32,000 bases of DNA from Zestosphaera tikiterensis (GTDB taxonomy: Archaea; Thermoproteota; Thermoprotei_A; Sulfolobales; NBVN01). Both the position numbers and the translations under genes were made by a program. Under the pieces are notes generated by a model, which searched no databases, had not been told where the DNA came from, and saw nothing but the letters and a program-made list of their open reading frames with translations. How positions within the stretch are numbered: the first letter of the stretch is position 1; each line of letters opens with the position of its first letter. The stretch is taken from NCBI GenBank assembly GCA_003056265.1, contig NBVN01000004.1, positions 30,001-62,000 on the forward strand. Reading direction: 5' to 3'. This document shows positions 15,676-24,650 of the stretch, one piece after another.

Positions 15676-15891
15676 TTGAGAGGGTTCGGGTCTAAACGTT
15701 ACTCCTAATCCACTTTCTTCATCCCCTCATTTTTGTTCCTCCGCTCCGTCGGGTTTCATTCTTCATTGCGGAGGCTCTTAGGGGTGACCCAGGCACCCCC
15801 GCATACGCTTAACCACTCTCTCCCCTAATCTCCATGTACTCCCTCAGGGATCCACCTACCCTATAGGTGGATAAACCCCCCTCATCAACCC
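15676..15891 (-). ncRNA. Candidate ~215-nt structured RNA, identity unresolved
   Basis: By eye this intergenic block is GC-richer than its surroundings and strongly strand-skewed (the minus strand is purine/G-rich). Terminal pairing is UUGAUGAGGG (15888-15879) with CCCUCUCAA (15684-15676). There is a 9-bp hairpin 15850-15858/15864-15872, a 6-bp hairpin 15781-15786/15794-15799, and a 7-bp stem 15738-15744/15768-15774. The minus-strand TATA tttatatttt (complement of 15917-15926) lies about 25 nt upstream of the 5' end. Confidence 0.35.
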
Positions 15892-15996
15892 AAAAATAAT
15901 ACTTACTTCTAAAATATAAACTTTAAAATATAAAGAAAGAAATTAAAAACATTTAAGAATATCGAGGAATTACATAGAGGGCGATACGGCTTAGCA

Positions 15997-16713
15997 ATGC
16001 TTAAGTTAAGGCTTGTTATAGTGGAGCCCGAAGGCAGGATAAACATGGGTTTTATATTTAGGCTAGCTAAGAACTTCGAAGTTGATGAAATATGCATTGT
16101 CAACCCACAATTCCATATTAACGACCCTGAAGTTATAGAGTTTTCAGCTAAGGGGGCAGACCTTATAGAGAAGGCCATCATTAAGAACTCTCTAAGCGAG
16201 TGTTTAGAGGGCGTTAAACTGTCTATATGCACTACAGCCATAGCGGATCCAGAATCCGACGTTTTAAGACATGGCGTTCAACCGGAGGTTCTCCCCTACA
16301 TAATACCATATGATGGAGTTCTAGCTTTAGTCTTCGGTCGTGAAAGCGTTGGATTAAAGAGAGAGGAGTTGAAGGAATGTGATGTAGTTTCCACGTTAGA
16401 AACTGGTTCCGAGTATAACGTTCTAAACCTATCGCATGCCGTAGCTATCTATCTCTATGAAGTTAAGAAAGCCTTAATCAACCAACGCGTTAAACCTAGG
16501 TATGAATGCTCTGAAGACGTACTTAAAGCCATTAGGCGAGAGTTAAGTAATTTATCTATAGCTTTAAACGATGAGAAAGGGGTTAGAGCGTTAAAGAACT
16601 TGATTTTTAGGTCTGCCCCTAGAGCTGCTGAATGTGGTGCCCTCTATAAATTACTTAAGAGTTTAAGGTACGTAGCTGAGAAAGCAAAATCCTTAAATAC
16701 CGAGTACGACTAG
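15997..16713 (+). CDS. SPOUT (SpoU/TrmH group, TrmJ-like) RNA 2'-O-methyltransferase
   Basis: LRLVIVEPEGRINMGFIFRLAKNF, LVFGRESVGLKREEL and NLSHAVAIYLYE are SpoU motifs 1-3. Confidence 0.75.
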   Translation: MLKLRLVIVEPEGRINMGFIFRLAKNFEVDEICIVNPQFHINDPEVIEFSAKGADLIEKAIIKNSLSECLEGVKLSICTTAIADPESDVLRHGVQPEVLPYIIPYDGVLALVFGRESVGLKREELKECDVVSTLETGSEYNVLNLSHAVAIYLYEVKKALINQRVKPRYECSEDVLKAIRRELSNLSIALNDEKGVRALKNLIFRSAPRAAECGALYKLLKSLRYVAEKAKSLNTEYD

Positions 16714-16731
16714 TATTTTTAGGTGTGAAGT

Positions 16732-17253
16732 ATGCCTTTAAGGCCTGCGAGATGCTATAAAGACATGCACAAGCCCCCCTACACCAGGAGTGAGTACATA
16801 GATGGTATACCACAACCTAAAATAACTAAGTATGTTATGGGTAACCCACACGGTTCATATGACGTCGTTTTAGAGCTCATCTCGTTGGAGAACGTCGTAA
16901 TAAGGCATAACAGTCTTGAAGCCGGTAGGGTTATGGCTAATAAATACTTAAGTAAGTTCGTTGGCGACGATAAGTTCTTGCTCATCATCAGGCAATACCC
17001 CCATCACGTTTTAAGGGAGAATAAAATGATGGCTTTCGCAGGGGCTGACAGACTGCAGGACGGCATGAGGCAGGCTTTCGGAAAACCTGTTGGTGTAGCT
17101 GCTAGAGTAACTTACGGAAGTGCCATAGCTGAAATCAGAACAACTAAGAAGTATCTTGAACACGCTAAGGAAGCTATGAGAAGGTTAAAGGATAAGTTAG
17201 GCGTTAGAGCACGAATAATAATTAAGGAGTTATCAACACAAACACAAGCTTAA
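16732..17253 (+). CDS. rpl10e: Ribosomal protein L10e (uL16)
   Basis: MPLRPARCYKDMHKPPYTRSEYIDGIP...MMAFAGADRLQDGMRQAFGKP. Confidence 0.93.
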   Translation: MPLRPARCYKDMHKPPYTRSEYIDGIPQPKITKYVMGNPHGSYDVVLELISLENVVIRHNSLEAGRVMANKYLSKFVGDDKFLLIIRQYPHHVLRENKMMAFAGADRLQDGMRQAFGKPVGVAARVTYGSAIAEIRTTKKYLEHAKEAMRRLKDKLGVRARIIIKELSTQTQA

Positions 17254-17267
17254 GAGATTACGTAGAA

Positions 17268-18272
17268 ATGAGTTTCTTTGAGTTTTATGAAGTTGATGTA
17301 AGTAAAATCCTAGAGGTAATTAAAGAAAGGAAACCACGTAAAGTACTTATTCAGCTTCCCGAAGGCTTTAAAAGACATTATTATGAAGTCGCAGACAGCA
17401 TTAAAAAAGAGCTGGAATATCCTATTGACGTTGACGTGGATTTAAGCCCTAGTTATGGCTCATGCTTCATGGATCTTAACATGCTCGCCAATTATGACTT
17501 AGTAATTCACTTAGGTCATGATCCATATCCCTACTGGCAGCCTCCAAGCAATGTGGTGTTTATAGACGTAGCTTCCCGAACGAGAATTTCCGAAGAAACT
17601 TTAAATAAACTACTTAAGTTTATGAATGACAGCAAAATAAGTAAGGTAGCGATCTACACCACCGCACAACATAAGGCATTGACACGATCTATTGCTGACA
17701 AGCTACTTAACGCAGGCGTCAACGTGGTTAACACGTTAGAAAAGTCTGTAATCTTCGGTTGTTGGTTTTCAGATCTAGACACGGTTAAGGACTTAATAGA
17801 CGCTGTAATTGTTTTAGCTGGTGGAAGCTTCCATGCTTTAGGGGTAGGCTTAAGAATTAACGCAAGGAAACCTGTAATATCTTTAGATCCATATATGGAC
17901 TCGTTTAAAGTGATGAACGACGAAGTATATAAGACACTTAAAGTTAGGTTAAGTAAAGTATTTGAAGCTCAAAACGCTGAAAGATGGTTAATTGTTGGGG
18001 GCGTTGCCGGGCAGTATAGACCATACATAATTAAAGCGTTGACTGAGTTGATAAAGTCTTTAGGTAGGAGGTACTACTACGCTAGCGCTTCCTACATAAA
18101 TAAAGAGTTAATCGTTAACATCGACTCGAAAAACGTTGACGCCATAGTAATTACGTCCTGTCCTAGGATAGCAATCGAAGATTTAAGGGATTACCATAAA
18201 CCTATATTAACACCTGGCGAAGCGTTTATGGCTTTAAAAAACGAACTTAACCACTACAGGTTCCCCTTCTAA
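17268..18272 (+). CDS. dph2: Diphthamide synthesis radical-SAM enzyme Dph2 (2-(3-amino-3-carboxypropyl)histidine synthase)
   Basis: KVLIQLPEGFK, SYGSCF, ITSCPRIAIED. About 334 aa, as in archaeal Dph2. Confidence 0.85.
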   Translation: MSFFEFYEVDVSKILEVIKERKPRKVLIQLPEGFKRHYYEVADSIKKELEYPIDVDVDLSPSYGSCFMDLNMLANYDLVIHLGHDPYPYWQPPSNVVFIDVASRTRISEETLNKLLKFMNDSKISKVAIYTTAQHKALTRSIADKLLNAGVNVVNTLEKSVIFGCWFSDLDTVKDLIDAVIVLAGGSFHALGVGLRINARKPVISLDPYMDSFKVMNDEVYKTLKVRLSKVFEAQNAERWLIVGGVAGQYRPYIIKALTELIKSLGRRYYYASASYINKELIVNIDSKNVDAIVITSCPRIAIEDLRDYHKPILTPGEAFMALKNELNHYRFPF

Positions 18273-18291
18273 CTTGCTGCTTACATAACCC

Positions 18292-19413
18292 TTAAACTTC
18301 AATACCTAAAAGCAACCTAGCTACAGCACCTATGAGGTACGTAATTAAAGCCGAAGCAACCCCTGTTAAAACCATCTCTAAAGCTTTCTTCTTAATGCTT
18401 AAGTTACTTGTTATCGCTATTAACGTACCCGAAAGGAATAACATAGCTGAAGCTAATAGGAAGGACGTAGCTAAAGCTACGTTAATAGGCAGTGAAGTAA
18501 AGTAGGGCGTTAAAGGTATTAAAGCACCTACTAAATACGAGAAGCCCGTATAGAAACCAGACCTTACCGGATCTTCTAAAGCTTCCTCTTTAAGACCTAG
18601 TTCTTCACTGATTACGGCCTCACTAAGTAGTTCCGGTTTAGTTACTATTTCATCAGCAAGTCTCTTAACTAATTCGTCTGTATAGCCTTTAGATTTAAAC
18701 CTGTTTACAAGCCTATTAACAACCACGTTAGGCACTAAAGCTACGTTCAATCTAATCCTATTGATTAAGCTTTCTTTAACTTCCCTATGCGATTTAACGC
18801 TTATGTAAGCACCTATACCCATAGATAACGCACCACCAACCCCCACTAAAGAACCTCCGATGGCTACGTAGAGAGGGTTTACGTAAGCTCCTGCTAAGCC
18901 AGCGGAAACGGAGAGTATCTCCACTAAGCCGTCGTTCATCCCCAACACTATATCCCTTACATGCTCTATGAAGTTTGCTAGCCTGTCTTCAACCACTTCA
19001 AGCTCCGCTTCATGAATAAGTTCATCCTCTAATATCCTCTTTATGCCTTCCTTCTCTTCAGGGGTTAACTCAGTAGAGTTCAACATAGCTGAATAAGTAC
19101 TTACCGCTTTGTTTTCATCGTTCTCCAAGAGTTTAACAGTTAACGAGATACCTAAGAGTTTCTGTATTAACTTAAGGAATGTAATCTTAACTTTACTAAC
19201 CTTAAAGTTTGTTGGATCAACTCCCCTCCTACGTAGAAAATCCACCCAAAACCTCACGTGATTGCCTTCCATTTCAGCTAACTTTAATAACTTCTCAGCT
19301 AACTCTGCTTGCTTAACTCTCTTAGATAAGTAAGCATAAACAGTTACGGCTTCAAGCTCGTTTATTAACGAGTTAATAGCTTGCCGTATGATACGGCTTG
19401 AATATTCAGTCAT
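18292..19413 (-). CDS. Ferritin/rubrerythrin-like domain fused to a VIT1/CCC1 iron transporter domain
   Basis: N-terminal four-helix ExxH-type region (LAEMEGNHVRFW, EDELIHEAELE) followed by GMNDGLVEILSVSAGLAGA and C-terminal TM helices. Confidence 0.8.
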   Translation of the reverse strand: MTEYSSRIIRQAINSLINELEAVTVYAYLSKRVKQAELAEKLLKLAEMEGNHVRFWVDFLRRRGVDPTNFKVSKVKITFLKLIQKLLGISLTVKLLENDENKAVSTYSAMLNSTELTPEEKEGIKRILEDELIHEAELEVVEDRLANFIEHVRDIVLGMNDGLVEILSVSAGLAGAYVNPLYVAIGGSLVGVGGALSMGIGAYISVKSHREVKESLINRIRLNVALVPNVVVNRLVNRFKSKGYTDELVKRLADEIVTKPELLSEAVISEELGLKEEALEDPVRSGFYTGFSYLVGALIPLTPYFTSLPINVALATSFLLASAMLFLSGTLIAITSNLSIKKKALEMVLTGVASALITYLIGAVARLLLGIEV

Positions 19414-19419
19414 GAGAGC

Positions 19420-20652
19420 TTATCCTCTAACTAACTCAATAATCTCCTTGATTAACTTATTTAGTTCTACGTAATCCTTATCTTTAACTAAGCCGTTAAT
19501 CCCATAATTACGTACTATTTTGTACTTAGACTTGGATATAAGTTCTTTAGCTTTGTTAGAAGCTATGTCACCCCATCCATAAACAGTTAACAGGATTAAG
19601 GGCTTTTCCGCGTTAGTTTTCTTTACGATTAACTCCAGTATATAGGTTGTTAAAGGGAATAAATCCGCGTCGTAAGTAGCTGAGGCTACAATCACCAATT
19701 TAGAAGTTAAAACTTCCCCTAGTAAGTCAGATACGTTGCTCCTCTCGTATGAAGTGAACTTAAAGACGTTGGCATTAACTCCATTCTCCGATAGTGCTTT
19801 GACAATATATTCAACAACTCTCTCTACGTATCCGTACATAGACGTATACACCACAGTTACTTTGCTATCTAGGGCTTCTGCTTTAGCCCAACTCTCGTAA
19901 AGGGTTAAAGCCTTCTCTAAAACGTTTTCACCCTTCAATATGGAACCGTGAGAAGGCGCTATAGCTTCAACCCTTAGGTTAAGCTGTTTTAACTTGTTTA
20001 AGTTTTTAAGGATGTTTTCGCGGTAGTAGCCTATGACGTTAGCGAAGTACTTACGCATGAAATATTCATATTCAGTAGGAAGTTGATTAACGTCTATCTC
20101 AACGTGTTTCGGTATTGAATAAGCGCCGAAGACATCACACGTTACTAAATACTTCAGGTCTTCCACGTAGGTTAACATCGTTTCAGGCCAATGTAGCCAA
20201 GGCGTATGTATGAAAGTTAGTTTATGCTGACCTAACTTAACGACTTCACCGTCTTTAACAGGTCTGAACCGTGGTTTTAAACCGTAGAGGGATTCTATCA
20301 ACCTACCAGTTAACGGATGACCTAAAACCTCAGCTGCCTGATTAAGCTCTTTAATGAGTTCAGGCAATGCTCCACTATGGTCGGGCTCCATATGATGCAC
20401 TACAACAAATTTAACGTCCTTAACATCAATTAAAGACTTCAGAACTTCGATGAATTCTTTAGTAAAGCCTCTACTTACGGTATCGAAAACTGCTGAGCCT
20501 TCATCTCCTATTAGAACATATGAATTGTACGTAACGCCCTCTGGGATCTCCCAAAGTCCTTCAAAATACTTTATCGAAGTGTCTTCAGCTTTAATCATGT
20601 AGAAATCTTTCTGAATTTTATGTACTGATACTCTGCGATTATCTTCAGCCAT
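19420..20652 (-). CDS. fprA: Flavodiiron protein (FprA-type: metallo-beta-lactamase domain plus flavodoxin domain)
   Basis: VVHHMEPDHSGALPE (HxExDH di-iron motif) and a C-terminal flavodoxin-like VTVVYTSMYGYVERV. Confidence 0.85.
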   Translation of the reverse strand: MAEDNRRVSVHKIQKDFYMIKAEDTSIKYFEGLWEIPEGVTYNSYVLIGDEGSAVFDTVSRGFTKEFIEVLKSLIDVKDVKFVVVHHMEPDHSGALPELIKELNQAAEVLGHPLTGRLIESLYGLKPRFRPVKDGEVVKLGQHKLTFIHTPWLHWPETMLTYVEDLKYLVTCDVFGAYSIPKHVEIDVNQLPTEYEYFMRKYFANVIGYYRENILKNLNKLKQLNLRVEAIAPSHGSILKGENVLEKALTLYESWAKAEALDSKVTVVYTSMYGYVERVVEYIVKALSENGVNANVFKFTSYERSNVSDLLGEVLTSKLVIVASATYDADLFPLTTYILELIVKKTNAEKPLILLTVYGWGDIASNKAKELISKSKYKIVRNYGINGLVKDKDYVELNKLIKEIIELVRG

Positions 20653-20736
20653 AGCGTTAACCCAATTAGAACTTACTATTCAATAATTTATTTAATTAAA
20701 CGGTTGGGAATAGGTTTAATTAAAAATAAAAGAATT

Positions 20737-21438
20737 TCACGTTTTAGGTTTAGCCACCCTCTCAAGGAATTTCCTAGCAATTTCAGCTTCTTCTTTAGGT
20801 ATCTCCTTATGGCAGAACCACCAGTCAAAGCACGTATATGACTTAAGCCTTTCAGGAATTTCATCGATAGTCGATGGTGGCGGCACAATAACCCTCTCAC
20901 CTATTAACTCGTTGTTAGGCCAGTTAGCTGGGATGGCAACTTTATATTGGGTGTTTAGCTGTAGAGCTTTAATCATCCTAAGTATCTCATCAATGTTTCT
21001 ACCTAACTCTAGCGGGTAGTAGAGTATAGCTCTTATTATCCCGTTAGGGTCAACTATGAAGACAGCCCTAACAGTGGATGTTGAGGATTGAGCGTGTAGA
21101 AGACCTAACTTCTCAGCCACACTACCTCTAGGATCGGCGATTATAGGGAAGGGTATTTCATAACCTAATTTTTCTTTAATCCACTCAACCCATTTTATGT
21201 GGCTGTAGTTGCTGTCTATGCTCAACCCCAGTAACTCAGTGTTTAATTTTTTGAAGTCTTCATACCTTAAGGCAAACGCTACAAACTCCGTTGTACAGAC
21301 TGGCGTGAAATCTGCTGGATGGCTGAATAGCACAAACCACTTACCTTTATAGTCGTCTGGCAATACTTTCTTACCATGTGTCGTTACTACCTCAAGTTTA
21401 GGGAATTGCTCACCTATTAGAGGTATTAGACCTGGCAT
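20737..21438 (-). CDS. Peroxiredoxin (Prx6/archaeal 1-Cys-like type)
   Basis: [19 protein letters not shown] peroxidatic-Cys motif and a C-terminal CFDWWFC. GGTGAG Shine-Dalgarno sequence and TATA upstream. Confidence 0.9.
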   Translation of the reverse strand: MPGLIPLIGEQFPKLEVVTTHGKKVLPDDYKGKWFVLFSHPADFTPVCTTEFVAFALRYEDFKKLNTELLGLSIDSNYSHIKWVEWIKEKLGYEIPFPIIADPRGSVAEKLGLLHAQSSTSTVRAVFIVDPNGIIRAILYYPLELGRNIDEILRMIKALQLNTQYKVAIPANWPNNELIGERVIVPPPSTIDEIPERLKSYTCFDWWFCHKEIPKEEAEIARKFLERVAKPKT

Positions 21439-21926
21439 ACACTCACCAATTAACTTATAGATTATATATATTTAAGCTTTTCGGTTCAATAACTTTACTT
21501 ATAACTACAGTAAGTATACCTAAATCTTAATTATTATTCGTATCTACATTAAAATGCGCTAATCAAAAACATTTCCTAACTCTAACTACCTACGAATAGA
21601 GATTGTTTCACCTTCTTTACTTTGAAATATCTTATACTGTTTCCCACTTATGGTTTTCGTGGTTTCTTTAAGCCCCTCACCGCCCACTGATGGGTGAATG
21701 TTGGAAACTCGAGGCTACTAGTAGATCTATATGTTAAACACACTATAAATCCCCCTACAAAATCAACATAATACACAATAATTAAATAAATAAGAAATAC
21801 AGAGACCTTAAAACTTATTAACCCTTAATAGAGAAGTAGCTGAAGGCTCTCTGAAGTGGTTTGTTGATTTAGAGATAAGTAGGAGTATATTTGAACGGAT
21901 GGGATGGTTTTATTTAGGGTGTGTGG

Positions 21927-22649
21927 TTAAGGTTTTACGGTGTAATAAACCCGTTTTCTATTCTTGCCTTTATTCTCTACTTTAAGTAGGGTTATCTCAC
22001 CTATTTCGGAAGTGTTTTTAACGTGGGGTCCGCCATCAGCTTGGATATCTACCCCGGGAATCTCCACTATCCTCAGGGTTTCTATTGCTGGCGGCATTCT
22101 TGAAGCTAACTTAACTATACCGGGTATTTTTAAGGCTTCCTCTCTACTTAACCAGTATATCTTAACTTCAATTCCCTTCTTCACTATCTCATTAGCTTTG
22201 CTGATTGCTTTAGCGAAAGCTTCCTCGGGCTTAGCTTCTTTAATATCGTAGTCTTCCTTTGCTTTGTCGGGTTCAACGCTACCGCCCGTTACTAAAGCTC
22301 CGTAATCGTTGTAAAGTATTGCTGAAAGTATGTGTGCGGCTGTATGAAGCCGCATAAGTTTATACCTCCTATCCCAATTAAGCTCTCCTCTAACGTTTAA
22401 TCCAGGCTTAACGCCTTCTAAAGTGTTGAGTACATGCACCACCTTACCAGACTCTTTATCGATTTTAACATCAATAACTTCATATTTGTTTAACCCTATG
22501 TAGAGCCAGCCGGTATCGTTAGCTACACCGCCGGTAGTTGGGTGAAAAGCTGTTCTATCTAAGACTACACCTTCATTAGTAACCTCAACTATCACAGCGT
22601 CGAAAACCCTTAAGTAACTATCGTTTTGATAAAGTAGTTCCGTACCCAC
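21927..22649 (-). CDS. alaX: AlaX-M-type alanyl-tRNA editing (Ser/Gly-tRNA-Ala deacylase) protein
   Basis: LDRTAFHPTTGGVANDTG, NWDRRYKLMRLHTAAHIL (HxxxH), ..DGGPHVKNTSEIGEI (variant of CGGTHV). Confidence 0.8.
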   Translation of the reverse strand: MGTELLYQNDSYLRVFDAVIVEVTNEGVVLDRTAFHPTTGGVANDTGWLYIGLNKYEVIDVKIDKESGKVVHVLNTLEGVKPGLNVRGELNWDRRYKLMRLHTAAHILSAILYNDYGALVTGGSVEPDKAKEDYDIKEAKPEEAFAKAISKANEIVKKGIEVKIYWLSREEALKIPGIVKLASRMPPAIETLRIVEIPGVDIQADGGPHVKNTSEIGEITLLKVENKGKNRKRVYYTVKP

Positions 22650-22707
22650 TGCTTACACCGTTTAATTAAGTTCTTAACTTAATTATAAATAAGTATAAGT
22701 CGAGTAA

Positions 22708-23217
22708 TTAACGCTTTAAAAACCTACTGTAATCTACGGGTTTAAGACCTAACTCCACCCTTAATTTATTGAGTTTTTCCTTCCCTTCAAGTAATGCTTC
22801 GTTAGCTGTTTCAACTAAATATCGTAAGGCTTGATCGTCCTTAATTAAAACCTCATCCTTTGTTTTGATTAAGTTAGCTACTCTCACACCAGTTTTTAGC
22901 TCTACTATAAAACCTTTATCTTTACTGAAGGAGAGTATTCCAGAATGTTTCATACCAGCTTTTCGAGCTATTTTCAATAGCTTCCTAGCGGTTAAGACAT
23001 TATTAGCGGAAGCATGTATTATAGGTCCCGTAACTACTAACCATAACCTATTAACCACCCCTACGTTCATGTACGGTTTAATATCTTCAACTTCAATTGG
23101 CGTATGTTTCTTAAACAGTATTGTAGAACCTCTTCTATGCCAAGGCATTAACGCGTCTAAAAGTGTTATCCTACCGCTACATGAACTTATTGTGTAGATA
23201 TCTTCAAACTCAAACAA
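22708..23217 (-). CDS. taw3: tRNA wybutosine-synthesizing protein 3 homolog (Taw3/TYW3 methyltransferase). The homologous region continues upstream to 23334.
   Basis: YTISSCSGRITLL signature. The listed start is a TTG. 39 further in-frame sense codons upstream look like the family N-terminus (see findings). Confidence 0.75.
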   Translation of the reverse strand: MFEFEDIYTISSCSGRITLLDALMPWHRRGSTILFKKHTPIEVEDIKPYMNVGVVNRLWLVVTGPIIHASANNVLTARKLLKIARKAGMKHSGILSFSKDKGFIVELKTGVRVANLIKTKDEVLIKDDQALRYLVETANEALLEGKEKLNKLRVELGLKPVDYSRFLKR

Positions 23218-23472
23218 CCTACGTAGGACGTCGAGTATATCTCTATCTAGGTACCCTATCTCAAGATCTTCAAATAACCTCCTCCTAAACTCTTCCTTCC
23301 TTTTAAACCAAACACTCTTGTCAACAGGCGTCTCTTACACCTCCCAACTGTAAAATAAGCTTACGTTAGTTAAATCGCTATGAAGATCCTCCGTTGGAAT
23401 CTCTAATTTAAGCTGTCGAAACTTGATAAAACCTTTAATAAATGTTTGCTTAAAGCTAATATGGTGTGAAAG

Positions 23473-24633
23473 ATGGGCTTACTAGATAATATAAAGGCGA
23501 TATCTCCAGGTCAAGAGAAGCTGAAGGAAGCGTTAACTAACGAACAGTATTCTATAGTTGGTGTTTTCGGCCCTACAGGCGTAGGTAAGTCTTTGTTTGC
23601 CCTGGCTTACGGGATAGATGCCGTATCAAGTGGGAGATTCAAGAGGTTAATAGTAATAAGGCCTGTTATTGATGTAGCTACAGGTAAGGAAGTTACTTTA
23701 GTTGAAGCTGGCGAGCAGTTTCTAAACTTATCTAAACAATACGTAATAGACGTTTTAGGAGGTTTTATGAGCTGGGGTGATATAGAGAAGTTAATAAATG
23801 AAGGGAAGTTTACATTCGCAGATAGTCATTACCTTAAAGGAAGGACTTTCGACGAGTCGGTAGTGTTTATCGATGACGCACAAACGCTTAAGATAGAGTC
23901 GTTAATTGAGGCTATAGTTAGAGTTGGTAGAAACAGTAAACTCATAGTTGCTGCCGACCCCATATTTCAAGCCTTGAGGGGAGTTACTCAAGATCCTACA
24001 TCGGTTTTAAGGGAGATTCTACTAGGTGAGTCACGAGCTGTAGTAGTTGACTTAGGCGTTAAGGATATAGTCCGTGAAGGCGCTAAGATGGGGTTAAGAC
24101 TCCTAATGGAGTATATGTTAAGAATTAGGAAGATGAGGGAGTCCGAGCTTAAGGCTGCTGAAGTAATTAAAGTTAAGTCGCCGGACGCCGACGTGATAAC
24201 CGTGCTTGAAGTTTCACAACTGATTAAAGACTTAAGCATATCACCAGAGCACGTGCCGGATTTTCTAGTGCTCGTCAAGAAAGGACATATGGGTAGGTTA
24301 GTCGGTAAAGGTGGGGAGAGGATCAACGCTATAGAGAAGGAACTAGGTAAGAAGGTTAGGGGCGTTGAGCTTGATACGGACATAACCGACTTGATTAGAG
24401 CTGTACATCCAGTTTCATGGATATGGAAAAGGGTGGAAAGCATAGATTTTAAAGGTGCTTACATAACGGTTGAGATAGATGAAGGTGTTTTAGGTGCTTT
24501 TGTAGGTCAAGGAGGTTCCTACGTAAGATTCCTTGAGCGGGTTACTAAGGAGCTCTTCGGTATTGGTGTTAAGGTAATACCTGTTGAAGGAACTACTAAG
24601 GGAAAAACAAGAAAGCAGAAGAAGACAGAGTAA
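23473..24633 (+). CDS. PhoH-like P-loop NTPase fused to two C-terminal KH domains
   Basis: GVFGPTGVGKS (Walker A), VVFIDDAQ (Walker B), then LVGKGGERINAIEKELG and FVGQGGSYVRFLERV (two KH GxxG loops), and a basic tail. Confidence 0.75.
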   Translation: MGLLDNIKAISPGQEKLKEALTNEQYSIVGVFGPTGVGKSLFALAYGIDAVSSGRFKRLIVIRPVIDVATGKEVTLVEAGEQFLNLSKQYVIDVLGGFMSWGDIEKLINEGKFTFADSHYLKGRTFDESVVFIDDAQTLKIESLIEAIVRVGRNSKLIVAADPIFQALRGVTQDPTSVLREILLGESRAVVVDLGVKDIVREGAKMGLRLLMEYMLRIRKMRESELKAAEVIKVKSPDADVITVLEVSQLIKDLSISPEHVPDFLVLVKKGHMGRLVGKGGERINAIEKELGKKVRGVELDTDITDLIRAVHPVSWIWKRVESIDFKGAYITVEIDEGVLGAFVGQGGSYVRFLERVTKELFGIGVKVIPVEGTTKGKTRKQKKTE

Positions 24634-24650
24634 GCCCTACCAAACGAACT

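Noticed and set aside
15676-15891. Calling this block RNase P RNA (type T/A) or SRP RNA
   Set aside because: I searched both this block and 1640-1955, on both strands, for the universal RNase P CR-I pattern GNAANNUCNGNG and found no match. I also found no SRP helix-8 GGAA/AGCA signature. The prior for either single-copy RNA falling in a 32-kb window is also low. I kept it only as an unidentified structured RNA candidate.
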